Under the pieces are notes generated by a model. That model worked only from the letters and a program-made list of their open reading frames with translations, had not been told where the DNA came from and did no database searches. The translations under genes and the position numbers were made by a program. A stretch of 64,000 nt of DNA from Janthinobacterium sp. (lineage in GTDB: Bacteria; Pseudomonadota; Gammaproteobacteria; Burkholderiales; Burkholderiaceae_D), in contig NZ_RFSK01000030.1 in assembly GCF_009923995.1 (NCBI RefSeq), forward strand, positions 1,358-65,357. Direction: 5' to 3'. Below, in pieces: positions 21,029 to 31,292 of the stretch (its first letter is position 1; the number at the start of each line of letters is the position of its first letter).

Positions 21029-21463
21029 ATGACCATGCACAGCCTGACCCTCACGACCGATAACCGCAGCGACGTCGCGGCAGCCCTGGCCGGCCCGCGC
21101 TGGACCGTGGCCTGCCTGTGCGCGCTGTGGTGCGGCACGTGCGGCAGCTACCGCGCCACGTTCGAGGAACTGGCCGCGCGCCACCCGGACACGCTCTTCG
21201 TCTGGATCGACATCGAAGACCAGGCCGACGTGGTGGGCGACCTCGACATCGACAACTTCCCCACCCTGCTGATCCAGCGCGAAGACAACGTGGCCTTCTT
21301 CGGCACGGTCTTGCCCGACGGCGGCCTGGCGCACCTCATGGTGCAGGCGCAGCAGGCGCTTGGTGCCGAGGAACTGGCGCGGCTGTCGACCAGCACGCCG
21401 GAGCGGCGCGACTGGCAGCGCGACTGCAATCTGCGTCAATTACTGGCCGCTACCCTGGCCTGA
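21029..21463 (+). CDS. Thioredoxin family protein
   Basis: CALWCGTC, WIDIED, NFPTLL. Confidence 0.88.
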   Translation: MTMHSLTLTTDNRSDVAAALAGPRWTVACLCALWCGTCGSYRATFEELAARHPDTLFVWIDIEDQADVVGDLDIDNFPTLLIQREDNVAFFGTVLPDGGLAHLMVQAQQALGAEELARLSTSTPERRDWQRDCNLRQLLAATLA

Positions 21464-21469
21464 CCCATC

Positions 21470-23752
21470 TCAGGCCAGGCGCAGCGGCAGGCTGCGCAGC
21501 CGTTTCCCCGTCAAGATGAAGACGGCGTTGGCCACGGCCGGCGCGATGGGCGGCGTGCCCGGCTCGCCCACGCCCTCGGGATGCTCGGCGCTGGCGATGA
21601 TGAGGGTCTCCACCTGGGGCGTCTGGCCCATGCGCAGCACGGGATAGTCGTGGAAGTTGCTTTGCTCGACTTTCCCCTCCTTGAAGGTGATCTCGCCGCC
21701 CAGCGCCGCCGACAGGCCGAACAGCACGGCCGATTCCATCTGCTGGGCGATGATGTTCGGATTGACGGCGATGCCGCAATCGATGGCGCACACGACGCGC
21801 TGCACGCGGATTTCGCCGTTTTCCACGGATACCTGCGCCACCTGCGCGACGATGCTGCCGAAGGACTGGTGCAGGGCCACGCCGTGCGCGTGACCGGGCG
21901 GCGGCGTGCCCGCCCTGGCGACCGCCGCATCGAGCACGGCCAGGTGGCGCGGGTGCTGCGCCAGCATGGCGCGGCGGAAGGCGACGCCGTCCTGCCCCGC
22001 CGCGTGGGCCAGCTCATCGATAAAACTTTCCTTGAAGAACGCGTTATGCGAGTGCCCGACGGAGCGCCAGTAGCCGATCGGCACGGGGCTGTCGGCGATC
22101 ACGTGGGCGATGCGCTGGTTGGCGATCTCATAGGGCATGTCGAATTCGCCTTCGGCCGTGGTCTTGTCCGGCCCCGCGCCCGGCAAGCCGAAATTGCGCT
22201 GCAAAAACTGGTGCGTGATGGAACCGCTGACGGATTTGTTGTCCCAGGACGCGATACGGCCCTGCGCGTCGAGGCGGGCCGCAAAGCGGGCCAGCGCGGC
22301 GGGACGGTACATATCGTGCTGCGTATCCTGCTCGCGCGTCCACAGCAGCTGCACGGGCAGGCCATCGCACTGCAGGGCGATGGCGACGGCTTGCGCCACC
22401 ATGTCCACTTCCAGGCGGCGGCCGAAACCGCCGCCCAGCAGCAGCACCTCGATCGTCACGTCCTGCGCAGCGACGCCGGCGACCTTGGCCGCCACGTCGA
22501 CGGCGATGCCGGGCGCCTGCGTCGACACCCACAACATCACCTTGCCATTTTTCACCTGCGCGGTGCAGTTGACGGGTTCCATGGCGGCATGCGCGAGGAA
22601 AGGCGCGCGGTACTCGGCCTTGACGCTGCGCAAGGCCTGCACGGCCTTGCCCTCCACGTCGCCGCTGGCGTAATACGCATGGCCCGCCTCGCTGTCGAGC
22701 AGGCGGGCAAATCCGGCATACACGGCATCGCTGGACAGGGCCGCCTGCGGCCCCGCCTGCCACTGCACGGCCAGGGCGGCGGCCGCCGTCTTCGCGCGCC
22801 AGTACGTGTCGGCCACCACGGCCACGCAGGAGGGAGACGCCGTGCCCCGCTGGCGCAGCGCCGGCGTCAGGTCCGCCACCTTTTTCACGCCGGGCAGCGC
22901 CAGCACGGGCACCGCATCGAAGGCGGCGACGGCATCGCCCAGGCGCGGCGGCAGCTGCAGGGCCGCATACAGCATGCCGGGCGGGCGGGCATCGATGCCG
23001 AAGCGCGCGCTGCCGTTGACTTTCGACGGCGTGTCGCGGCGCGGCGCCGGCTGGCCGATCAGCTTGAACTCCCCGGGGGATTTGAGCGCGGGCGTGCCCG
23101 GGTCCATGCCGGCGGCGCGCTGCGCCAGGCTGGCGTAGCTGGCGCGCCGGCCATCCGCATGCAGCACTTCGCCCTGTTCTGTGCGGCACTGCGCGGCCGG
23201 CACCTGCCACTGTGCCGCGGCCGCTTGCAGCAGCATGGCGCGCGCGCAGGCGCCTGCCTCGCGCATGGGGCCCCAGCCATCCTTCACGCTGGACGAGCCG
23301 CCCGTGACGATCACGCCCAGTTCGCGCGCAGCCTTGGCCACCGTCCACTGCGCCAGCGCCTTCAGCCGACCCTGGTCGTCCGGGTGGAACGGCAGGCTGT
23401 CCTTGAGCATGGCGACATTGCCAAAGATTTTATCCATGGGCGCCTGGATCAGCTTGACGCTGCTCAAAGCCACGTCGAGTTCCTCCGCCACCAGCATGGG
23501 CAGGGCCGTATGCACGCCCTGCCCCATTTCGCTGCGCGGCATGGCCAGCAGCACCGTGCCGTCGGCCTGGATGGCCAGCCAGCCGTTCAGGGCCACGGCC
23601 CCGTCGGTGACGGGCAGCGGCGCACTGCCATGGAGGCGCTGGCGCGGCGGCAGCACGCCCCAGCCCAGCACCAGGGCGCCCACGCCGGCCACGCCGAAGC
23701 CCAGGCCACCGAGCAGGAAACGGCGGCGCGAAGTGGAAGAGTGTGCGGCCAT
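21470..23752 (-). CDS. Xanthine dehydrogenase family molybdopterin-binding subunit (IorB/CoxL-like) with Tat signal
   Basis: SRRRFLLGG Tat motif, EMGQGV, TGGSSS, HAAMEP, GGGFGRR, WRSVGHS, GVGEPGTPP. Confidence 0.9.
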   Translation of the reverse strand: MAAHSSTSRRRFLLGGLGFGVAGVGALVLGWGVLPPRQRLHGSAPLPVTDGAVALNGWLAIQADGTVLLAMPRSEMGQGVHTALPMLVAEELDVALSSVKLIQAPMDKIFGNVAMLKDSLPFHPDDQGRLKALAQWTVAKAARELGVIVTGGSSSVKDGWGPMREAGACARAMLLQAAAAQWQVPAAQCRTEQGEVLHADGRRASYASLAQRAAGMDPGTPALKSPGEFKLIGQPAPRRDTPSKVNGSARFGIDARPPGMLYAALQLPPRLGDAVAAFDAVPVLALPGVKKVADLTPALRQRGTASPSCVAVVADTYWRAKTAAAALAVQWQAGPQAALSSDAVYAGFARLLDSEAGHAYYASGDVEGKAVQALRSVKAEYRAPFLAHAAMEPVNCTAQVKNGKVMLWVSTQAPGIAVDVAAKVAGVAAQDVTIEVLLLGGGFGRRLEVDMVAQAVAIALQCDGLPVQLLWTREQDTQHDMYRPAALARFAARLDAQGRIASWDNKSVSGSITHQFLQRNFGLPGAGPDKTTAEGEFDMPYEIANQRIAHVIADSPVPIGYWRSVGHSHNAFFKESFIDELAHAAGQDGVAFRRAMLAQHPRHLAVLDAAVARAGTPPPGHAHGVALHQSFGSIVAQVAQVSVENGEIRVQRVVCAIDCGIAVNPNIIAQQMESAVLFGLSAALGGEITFKEGKVEQSNFHDYPVLRMGQTPQVETLIIASAEHPEGVGEPGTPPIAPAVANAVFILTGKRLRSLPLRLA

Positions 23753-23762
23753 GGGTAGTCCT

Positions 23763-26700
23763 TTATCGTGGTGGGTGGTCGAGCCAGCGCTCCAGCATAT
23801 CCTGCGCCAGCACCGGACGGCTATATAAATAGCCTTGCGCCAGCTTGCAGCCGTGGCGCAGCAGGAACGCCGCCTGCTCTTCCGTCTCCACGCCTTCGGC
23901 GATCACGGACAAGTGCATGCTCTTGCCCAGCTGGATGATGGCAATGGCGATGGCCTCGTCGTTGACGTCCGTCGAGATATCCTTGATGAAGGAGCGGTCG
24001 ATCTTCAGCGTCTGCACGGGCAGCTGTTTCAGGTAAGCCAGCGAGGAATAGCCGGTGCCGAAGTCGTCGATGGCCAGACCCACGCCGATGGCATGCAGGT
24101 CGTTGATGAAGCCCAGCGCGTCGCCCGTGTTCATGATCACCGATTCCGTCACTTCCAGCTGCAGGCGCTGCGGTTCCAGGCCCGTTTCCCGGAGGATGTC
24201 GGCCACCATGCCGGCGATGCTGCCCCGCTCGAACTGTTTCACGGACAGGTTCACGGCCATCTTCGGCACGCGCAGGCCCTGCGCCTGCCAGTGCATCATC
24301 TGGCGGCACGCCGCGTCGAGCACCCATTTGCCCAGCTGGTTGATGAAGCCGCTGTCCTCGGCCAGCGGAATGAAGCGGGCCGGCGGCACCAGGCCCAGTT
24401 CCGGGTGATTCCAGCGCACGAGCGCCTCGACACCGACCAGGCGGCCCGTGTCGATTTCCACCTGCGGCTGGTAAGTGAGGAAGATTTCGTTCTTCTCGAT
24501 CGAGCGGCGCAAAAAGGTTTCCAGGCGCAGGCGCTCGACGCCCTCGCCCGTCATCGACGGCGCGTAGAAGCGGTAGCCGTTGCGCCCGCGCGCCTTGGCC
24601 TGGTACATGGCCACGTCGGCATTGCGGATCAGCATGTTCAAGTCCAGCGCATCGTCCGGATACAGGCTGATGCCCACGCTGCAGGTGACGAACAGTTCAT
24701 GGTCGGCCACCGTGAACGGCTGCTCGAACATGGTCATCAGCTTTTCCGCCACCTGCGTGGCGCCATACTCGCCATCGATACGCTCGAGCAGGACGATGAA
24801 TTCGTCGCCGCCCAGGCGCGCCAGGGTGTCGCCTTCGCGCAGGCGGGCCGCTAGCTGGCCGGCCACCTTCTGCAGCAATTCGTCGCCCACGTGGTGGCCC
24901 AGGGTGTCGTTGACGTTCTTGAAACGGTCCAGGTCGATGAACAGGATGGCCAGCTGCTCCTGGTCGCGTCCGGCGCGCTGCAGGGCGTGCTGCAGGCGGT
25001 CGTGGAACAGCAGCCGGTTCGGCAGCGCCGTCAGGGGGTCGTGGTGCGCCATGTGGTCGAGCTTTTCCTGCGACTCCTTGATCAGGGTGATGTCGCTGAA
25101 CACGCCCACGTAATGGGTGGTGCCGGCGCGCGTGTCGCGCACGGCGCTGATGGTCAGCCACTCCAGGTAGATTTCGCCGTTCTTGCGCCGGTTCCAGATC
25201 TCGCCGCGCCAGAAGCCGGAGACGGCCAGTTCCTCCCACAAGGCCTGGTAAAAGGCCGCGTCGTGGCGTTCCGAGCGCGTCAGCGACGCATGCCGCCCCA
25301 GCGCCTCCGCTTCGCTATAGCCCGTGATCTGCGTGAAGGCGGGATTGATGGTGACGATGATGCCGTCCGCATCGACCACCATCACGCCGTCGGCGATATG
25401 TTCGAGCACGGTGGCCGACAGGCGCAGCTTTTCCTCGGCTTCCTTGCGCGCCGTGATGTCGGCATACACCCAGATGCTGCCTTCGTTGGGCCGCAGCGGA
25501 TCGAGGGCGCAGCCGCTGACGAGCGCCCAGAACAGGCTGCCGTCGCGGCGCTGGTACTGGCGTTCCTCGCTGAAGTCGCCCCCCAGGGCCAGGGCCGGGT
25601 ACTGGCGCTCGCCCGCCTCCTCGAAATCATACGAGGAAGTGAAGACGATGGCCGTCGAATTGCCCATCATTTGACCGGGATCATAGCCGAACAGGTCTTC
25701 GCAGCGGCGATTCACGGAAATGATGCGGCGGTGGCGCACGAACATCACGCCGAACATGACGTTGTCGAGGATGGCGCTCTGTTCCGTCAGCAGCGCCTCG
25801 ATGCGCATTTCGTGGTGCTTGCGCTGGCTGATGTCGGCGATGATGCCGTCCACCCAGGTCACGCCGTGCTCGCCCGCCTGCGGCTGGCCGTTCTCGGCCA
25901 CCCAGCGCTCGGTGCCGAAGGCGTCGATGATGCGGTATTCCAGCGCGTACGGCTGCACCTCGAGCACGGCCTGCCTGACGGCGCGGCGGTGTTCGCGGCG
26001 GTCTTCCGGACAGATCAGGTCGGCCCAGGCATGCGTGGTGCCGCGCATGAACTGGCGCGCGGAATAGCCGGCGATTTCCTCGATGGCGTCGCTGACGAAG
26101 TCGATGGGCCCGTCGGGCCGGTAGCGGAAGACGGCGCCCGGCACCTGCGTGACGATGGTGCGGAAGCGCTCCTCGCGCTGGCCCACGTCCTCGAACAGCT
26201 GGCCGATGGCGGCGCGCATCTGTTCCAGCTGGGCCGCCAGCCGGCCCAGCTCGTCATTGCTGCCCGAATCCAGGCGCGTGTCGAAATCGCCGTGCGACAG
26301 GCGGTCGGAAAAGCGCATCAGGCGGCGCAGCGGCTTGAGCAGGCGGCGGTTCAGGAACAGCACGATCAGCGCCATCGACACGGCCAGCTGCGCGCCCAGC
26401 ACGAAAATATACGCCACCTGCTTTTCGCGCAGCTCCTGCTGGCTGCGCGCATCGTCCATCTCGACCACGACGTGGCCGATGCGTTCGCCGCGCACGAGGA
26501 TGTCGCGCTCGGCCCGGTACACATTGCCCACGGAACGCTGCGGCGCCTGCAGGCGGATGAATTCCGTGTCGCCCTGCCCCACCACCTGCACCAGCAGCAC
26601 GGCGCGGTCGCGCATCACCGATTCGACCAGCGAATGGGCCGATTCCGCATTCATGTTCCACAGGGATTCCTGCATGCCCAGCGCGAGGATGTCGGCGTTG

Positions 26701-26888
26701 CGCTGCAGCGATTCGTTCAGGCTGGTGCGCGCCGACTGGCGCTCGTGCACGCCCACCAGCAGGTAGCTGCCGATGATGGCGGGAATGACCAGGCCGCCAA
26801 ACACGACCAGCAGCAGGGCGCCATAGATCGACGAGCCATACAGGGCGCTCAGGCGGGCACGCAGGCGTTGGTAGGGTGAATTAGACAT
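23763..26888 (-). CDS. Membrane-anchored HAMP-PAS(x3)-GGDEF-EAL diguanylate cyclase/phosphodiesterase
   Basis: Two TMs, HAMP (DELGRLA), PAS domains, RxxD I-site (REGD), GGDEF, VEALVRW and DDFGTGYSS all intact. Confidence 0.93.
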   Translation of the reverse strand: MSNSPYQRLRARLSALYGSSIYGALLLVVFGGLVIPAIIGSYLLVGVHERQSARTSLNESLQRNADILALGMQESLWNMNAESAHSLVESVMRDRAVLLVQVVGQGDTEFIRLQAPQRSVGNVYRAERDILVRGERIGHVVVEMDDARSQQELREKQVAYIFVLGAQLAVSMALIVLFLNRRLLKPLRRLMRFSDRLSHGDFDTRLDSGSNDELGRLAAQLEQMRAAIGQLFEDVGQREERFRTIVTQVPGAVFRYRPDGPIDFVSDAIEEIAGYSARQFMRGTTHAWADLICPEDRREHRRAVRQAVLEVQPYALEYRIIDAFGTERWVAENGQPQAGEHGVTWVDGIIADISQRKHHEMRIEALLTEQSAILDNVMFGVMFVRHRRIISVNRRCEDLFGYDPGQMMGNSTAIVFTSSYDFEEAGERQYPALALGGDFSEERQYQRRDGSLFWALVSGCALDPLRPNEGSIWVYADITARKEAEEKLRLSATVLEHIADGVMVVDADGIIVTINPAFTQITGYSEAEALGRHASLTRSERHDAAFYQALWEELAVSGFWRGEIWNRRKNGEIYLEWLTISAVRDTRAGTTHYVGVFSDITLIKESQEKLDHMAHHDPLTALPNRLLFHDRLQHALQRAGRDQEQLAILFIDLDRFKNVNDTLGHHVGDELLQKVAGQLAARLREGDTLARLGGDEFIVLLERIDGEYGATQVAEKLMTMFEQPFTVADHELFVTCSVGISLYPDDALDLNMLIRNADVAMYQAKARGRNGYRFYAPSMTGEGVERLRLETFLRRSIEKNEIFLTYQPQVEIDTGRLVGVEALVRWNHPELGLVPPARFIPLAEDSGFINQLGKWVLDAACRQMMHWQAQGLRVPKMAVNLSVKQFERGSIAGMVADILRETGLEPQRLQLEVTESVIMNTGDALGFINDLHAIGVGLAIDDFGTGYSSLAYLKQLPVQTLKIDRSFIKDISTDVNDEAIAIAIIQLGKSMHLSVIAEGVETEEQAAFLLRHGCKLAQGYLYSRPVLAQDMLERWLDHPPR

Positions 26889-27152
26889 GCAGGAACGGGG
26901 CAACAGGGATCTGGCGAGCGATCATCGAACGTTTTACGGGGGAATCCGGGTGGATGGGGCGGGAAGAAACTTTTTCAGAAGCAATTATGCATGGAAAAAG
27001 CGGGAAAAGTCACCAATAAACACGCGCTGCCAGCCGCCGCATGCCATATGCACAGGGCCGAAAAACCACACGTGCGTGCGCAGCGCCCATGGCGGCCAGC
27101 AGAAAACCGCGCCGCTTGCTATCATCGCGCCACTTCACCTAGAGGAACCACC

Positions 27153-27659
27153 ATGACCTTCTCCATCTATTCCGCATCGATCCCCGTCTTCAAACAGATC
27201 CTGGGCAGCCTGGCCGCCATCCTGGACAAGGCGGAAACACACGCGCAAGACAAGAAAATCGACCCGAACGCCCTGCTGCAGTTCCGCCTGTTCCCGGACA
27301 TGCTGCCCTTCGTGCGCCAGATCCAGATCGCCACCGACTTCGCCAAAGGCTGCGGCGCGCGCCTGGCCGGCGTGGCCGTGCCGCCGTATGAAGACAGCGA
27401 ACAGAGCTTTGCTGAACTGAAGGCGCGCATCGTGAAAACCATCGCCTTCCTGGAAAGCCTGCCGCAGGCGGACATCGACGGCAGCGAAACGCGCGCCATC
27501 ACCACCGGCAGCGGCGAAAAGACCAAGCACTTCACGGGCCAGACCTATCTGTTCCACTACGCGCTGCCGCACTTCTTCTTCCACGCAACGACGGCGTACG
27601 ACATCCTGCGCCACAACGGCATCGAAGTCGGTAAAAAAGATTTTATTGGCAGTTATTAA
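27153..27659 (+). CDS. DUF1993 family protein
   Basis: RLFPDMLPFVRQIQIATD, LPHFFFHATTAYDILRHNG...GKKDF; RBS GAGG upstream. Confidence 0.88.
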   Translation: MTFSIYSASIPVFKQILGSLAAILDKAETHAQDKKIDPNALLQFRLFPDMLPFVRQIQIATDFAKGCGARLAGVAVPPYEDSEQSFAELKARIVKTIAFLESLPQADIDGSETRAITTGSGEKTKHFTGQTYLFHYALPHFFFHATTAYDILRHNGIEVGKKDFIGSY

Positions 27660-27679
27660 TAGCTGACGCCAATAGTACC

Positions 27680-27743
27680 GGGGTCAGACCCTCGCGGCCG
27701 CCAACGCTGAGCTCTGCGTTAGCGTCCTTGGGGGTCTGACCCC
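27680..27743 (-). repeat. 64-bp inverted-repeat element, copy 3
   Basis: Minus strand GGGGTCAGACCC-N7-CGCTAACGC-AGAGCTCA-GCGTTGGCG-N7-GGGTCTGACCCC; lies between convergent genes. Confidence 0.85.
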
Positions 27744-27764
27744 AGCAGTTGCCGTTGGGTCAAA

Positions 27765-27959
27765 TCAAGTATTCCGGCGCGGATACCCCTGCGCCAGAAT
27801 GCGTACCCACACCACTTCCTTCTCTTCATCCGTCATCGACACCCAGTGGGCCACTTCCACCACGGTGCGGCCGCAGCCGCGGCAGATTTCATCGAAAGTG
27901 GTCGAGCACACGGCCACGCAGGGCGTGTCCGGGCGCAGCGGCAAGTCCTTGTCCGCCAT
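27765..27959 (-). CDS. DUF1289 family Cys-rich small protein
   Basis: TPCVAVC...CRGCGRT..EVAHW; start overlaps the DUF1415 stop (ATGA). Confidence 0.85.
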   Translation of the reverse strand: MADKDLPLRPDTPCVAVCSTTFDEICRGCGRTVVEVAHWVSMTDEEKEVVWVRILAQGYPRRNT

Positions 27960-28531
27960 CAGGACACCTTCGGCACGCCGAGCTTTTCCCAGCCGTCGAT
28001 GCCCAGTTTTTCCAGAGTGGCAATATTCTTGTCGAAAATCTCGGACGCTTCCGGGAACGCTTCCACGGCGCGCTCGATGCTGTCTTCGCGCAGCAGGTGC
28101 AGGGTGGGGTATGGCGAACGGTTGGTGTAATTGCTGATGTCGTCCTCGAACGTCTCGGCAAACTGGTAGTGCGGGTGGAAACTGGCCACCTGCAGTTCGC
28201 CGGCCAGGTGCATGTCTTCCACGGCCGCGTCGGCCACGTCGAGGAATTCGTTGTAGTCGAGGAAGTCGTTCAGGGTGTACGGGTGGATCAGCAGGGTCGT
28301 GTCGATCTGCTCGGGGTCCGCATCGGCCAGGATTTGCAGCTCGTCCATCAGCAGCGCCAGCAGATCTTCCGGATTGCTGGAATCGCAGACCACGTAGCGG
28401 ATCTGCTTCTTGACGTGCACGGCCTTGGCGAACGGGCACAGGTTCAGGCCGATCACGGCTTTTTCCATCCAGGCAACGGTATTGGCGATGATGACGGCGT
28501 GGTCGTCGTCGTGGCGCGGCGGGGTGTTCAT
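27959..28531 (-). CDS. DUF1415 family protein
   Basis: VIGLNLCPFAK, TTLLIHP, QVASFHPHY, NRSPYPTLHLLRE. Confidence 0.9.
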   Translation of the reverse strand: MNTPPRHDDDHAVIIANTVAWMEKAVIGLNLCPFAKAVHVKKQIRYVVCDSSNPEDLLALLMDELQILADADPEQIDTTLLIHPYTLNDFLDYNEFLDVADAAVEDMHLAGELQVASFHPHYQFAETFEDDISNYTNRSPYPTLHLLREDSIERAVEAFPEASEIFDKNIATLEKLGIDGWEKLGVPKVS

Positions 28532-28858
28532 ATGCGTACTCTCTATCGGTGACGTGGCCGGCGCGCAATTGGCCAGCCAAAGCCAAATTGTACGCACTCT
28601 TTGCGCAGTCTCATACCCGGCGCTTGCCAGGCTTGCGCCGGCTTCGTCGCCATGTATGCTATAACAGCGGCCGAATCACGCAAACGGCAAATTAAATTTG
28701 CAATAATTGCACTATTGGCGAATGGAAACTTAGCTATTTCCGCCTATGTGCTGTCATCATGCTGACATAATTCTTGACTCCGGCATGTGGATATACGTAC
28801 ACTCGCTGCTTAATCATGGGTCTGTCCGATGTTTCTCCGACGACAACAATGGAACACT

Positions 28859-30271
28859 ATGCACGAAAACTCCTTTAAATCGACCGTCCTGGCGGCGTTG
28901 GCCCTGGCGCTTGCGCCCGCCCTCAGCCAGGCGTACGAAGCCGGTGTTGAGAGCGATAACGCGCCAGTCGCCGCCGCCGCACCTGCCCTGATCCCGATGA
29001 CGCCCCAAGTCACGGCGAAACTCCCCACCCTCGACAACCGCCTGCAAAAGACCGACCGCCTGCTGAAAAACCTCAGCGACAGCTCCGATCCGCTGCGCGA
29101 AGCCGACGTCTGGGGCCGCATCCGCAGCGGCTATGCGATTCCCGACATTAACAACCAGCTGGTGGCCAACCACGTCAACTGGTACGCCACCCGCCCCGAC
29201 TACATCGCCCGCACGACGGCGCGCGCCTCGCGCTACATCTTCCATGTGGTGCAGGAACTGGAAAAGCGCGGCATGCCGACGGAACTGGCCTTGCTGCCAT
29301 TCATCGAGTCCGCCTTCAACCCGCAGGCGTTCTCCAGCGCGAATGCGGCCGGCATGTGGCAATTCGTGCCCGCCACGGGACGCGACTTCAACCTCAAGCA
29401 GAACATGTTCAAGGACGAGCGCCGCGGCGTGCTGGCCTCGACCGATGCGGCCCTGACGTATCTGCAGCGCCTGTATGACATGTTTGGCGACTGGCAACTG
29501 GCCCTGGCCGCCTACAACTGGGGCGAAGGCTCCGTGCAGCGCGCCATCAAGAAAAACCAGGCGCTGGGCAAGCCCACCGATTTCGAAAGCCTGGCCGACC
29601 TGATGCCGGCCGAGACGCGCAACTACGTGCCCAAGCTGCAGGCGGTGAAGAACATCATCGCCAATCCGGCCCAGTACGGCCTGACCCTGCCCGTCGTCGA
29701 CAACCAGCCCTACTTCACGGCCATCGACAAGACGAGCGACATCGACATCACCGTCGCCGCCCAGCTGGCCGAACTGTCGATGGACGAATTCAAGGCCCTG
29801 AATCCCCAATTTAACCGCCCCGTCATCATCGGCGGCGAAAAGACGAAGATCCTGTTGCCACAGGAAAACGCCGCCAAGTTCACCACCAACCTGGCGCAAT
29901 GGGGCCATGCCTTGTCGAGCTGGACCACGCACAAGATCACCAACGCGCGCGAACGCCTGGAAACCCTGGCGTCGAAATTCGGCACCACGGCCGACGTGCT
30001 GCGCCAGGCCAACAACATTCCCCAGCGTACCCGCCTGCGTGCCGGTTCCACCATCCTCGTGCCGAAAACGTCGGCCACGATGAACAAGGACATCACCCAG
30101 GAAATCGCCGACAGCGCCACCATGCTGCTGGAAGCGGACCGTCCCGAACGGGTCGCCAAGGCCGCGCACCGCGCCGCCAAGGGTGGCAAGGTGCAGGCCG
30201 CGCCCATCTCCCTGGTGAAACCGCGCATCCAGCGCGGCGGCGGCAACAACCGCGCCAAGGCCCGCCATTGA
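28859..30271 (+). CDS. mltD: Membrane-bound lytic murein transglycosylase D-like (SLT + LysM)
   Basis: LPFIESAFNP, AAGMWQF, ALAAYNWGEG, ETRNYVPKL, C-terminal LysM. Confidence 0.9.
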   Translation: MHENSFKSTVLAALALALAPALSQAYEAGVESDNAPVAAAAPALIPMTPQVTAKLPTLDNRLQKTDRLLKNLSDSSDPLREADVWGRIRSGYAIPDINNQLVANHVNWYATRPDYIARTTARASRYIFHVVQELEKRGMPTELALLPFIESAFNPQAFSSANAAGMWQFVPATGRDFNLKQNMFKDERRGVLASTDAALTYLQRLYDMFGDWQLALAAYNWGEGSVQRAIKKNQALGKPTDFESLADLMPAETRNYVPKLQAVKNIIANPAQYGLTLPVVDNQPYFTAIDKTSDIDITVAAQLAELSMDEFKALNPQFNRPVIIGGEKTKILLPQENAAKFTTNLAQWGHALSSWTTHKITNARERLETLASKFGTTADVLRQANNIPQRTRLRAGSTILVPKTSATMNKDITQEIADSATMLLEADRPERVAKAAHRAAKGGKVQAAPISLVKPRIQRGGGNNRAKARH

Positions 30272-30431
30272 GTACACCTGGCATAAGCTAGTGCGCGTCG
30301 CGACGCTGCTGTCAGGCGTTGTCAGGCTACGCCACCCGCCCAGCACCTGATGCCCACCGGCCGCCACAGCCTAGCTGTCGCGGCCGGTGGTACATCCGCT
30401 CTACCCGCCCACCACCCAGACAGGAGTCGTC

Positions 30432-31220
30432 ATGGCTTTCTTGCAAGGCAAAAAAATCCTCATCACGGGCCTGCTGTCGAATCGCTCCATCGCCTACGGC
30501 ATCGCCAAGGCTTGCCACCGTGAAGGCGCCACCCTCGCCTTCACCTATGTGGGCGAGCGCTTCAAGGAGCGCATCACGGAATTTGCGGCCGAATTCGGCA
30601 GCGAACTGGTCTTCGACTGCGACGTGGCCAGCGATGAGCAGATCAGCGCCGTCTTCCGCGACCTGGCGCAGCACTGGGAACACCTCGACGGCCTCGTGCA
30701 CGCCATCGGCTTCGCCCCGCGCGAAGCCATCGCCGGCGACTTCCTCGACGGCCTGTCGCGCGACAGTTTCCGCATCGCCCACGACATTTCCGCCTACAGC
30801 TTTCCTGCCATGGCCAAGGCCGCCCTGCCCCTGCTGCATCCGGGCGCGTCCGTGCTGACCCTGACCTACCTGGGCGCCGTGCGCGCCGTGCCCTACTACA
30901 ACACCATGGGCCTGGCCAAGGCCTCGCTGGAAGCGTCCGTGCGCTACCTGGCCGAATCGCTGGGTCCGCGCGGTATCCGCGCCAACGGCATCTCCGCCGG
31001 CCCCATCAAGACCTTGGCCGCTTCCGGCATCAAGGATTTCGGTAAACTCCTGGGCTTCGTGGCCGAGCACGCCCCGCTGCGGCGCAACGTGACCATCGAA
31101 GAAGTGGGCAACACGGCCGCCTTTCTGCTGTCCGACCTGGCCTCGGGCATCACGGGCGAGATTACCTACGTCGATGGCGGCTTTTCGCAAGTGATGGCCG
31201 TCAATCCGGAAGTAGAGTAA
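30432..31220 (+). CDS. fabI: Enoyl-ACP reductase
   Basis: [38 protein letters not shown]; RBS AGGAG. Confidence 0.96.
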   Translation: MAFLQGKKILITGLLSNRSIAYGIAKACHREGATLAFTYVGERFKERITEFAAEFGSELVFDCDVASDEQISAVFRDLAQHWEHLDGLVHAIGFAPREAIAGDFLDGLSRDSFRIAHDISAYSFPAMAKAALPLLHPGASVLTLTYLGAVRAVPYYNTMGLAKASLEASVRYLAESLGPRGIRANGISAGPIKTLAASGIKDFGKLLGFVAEHAPLRRNVTIEEVGNTAAFLLSDLASGITGEITYVDGGFSQVMAVNPEVE

Positions 31221-31229
31221 TGCGGTGAT

Positions 31230-31281
31230 GACCGTTATTTGGCGGTTGTCACTTGACAACCGTCAAATAACGGTCTACCTT
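31230..31281 (+). promoter_or_regulatory. 46-bp palindrome (22-bp arms) overlapping a sigma70-type promoter TTGACA-N17-TACCTT
   Basis: GACCGTTATTTGGCGGTTGTCA-CT-TGACAACCGTCAAATAACGGTC (one mismatch); -35 at 31253-31258, -10 at 31276-31281. Confidence 0.8.
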
Positions 31282-31292
31282 GGAGGCATCGC

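Noticed and set aside
28690-28703. TGCAAT-A-ATTGCA dyad in the DUF1415/mltD divergent region
   Set aside because: Short AT-rich dyad with no second copy and no assignable regulator.
30355-30390. Strong hairpin CCACCGGCCGC...GCGGCCGGTGG upstream of fabI
   Set aside because: No U-tract, no similarity to either repeat family and no recognisable riboswitch motif; probably a plain mRNA-stabilising or terminating stem.
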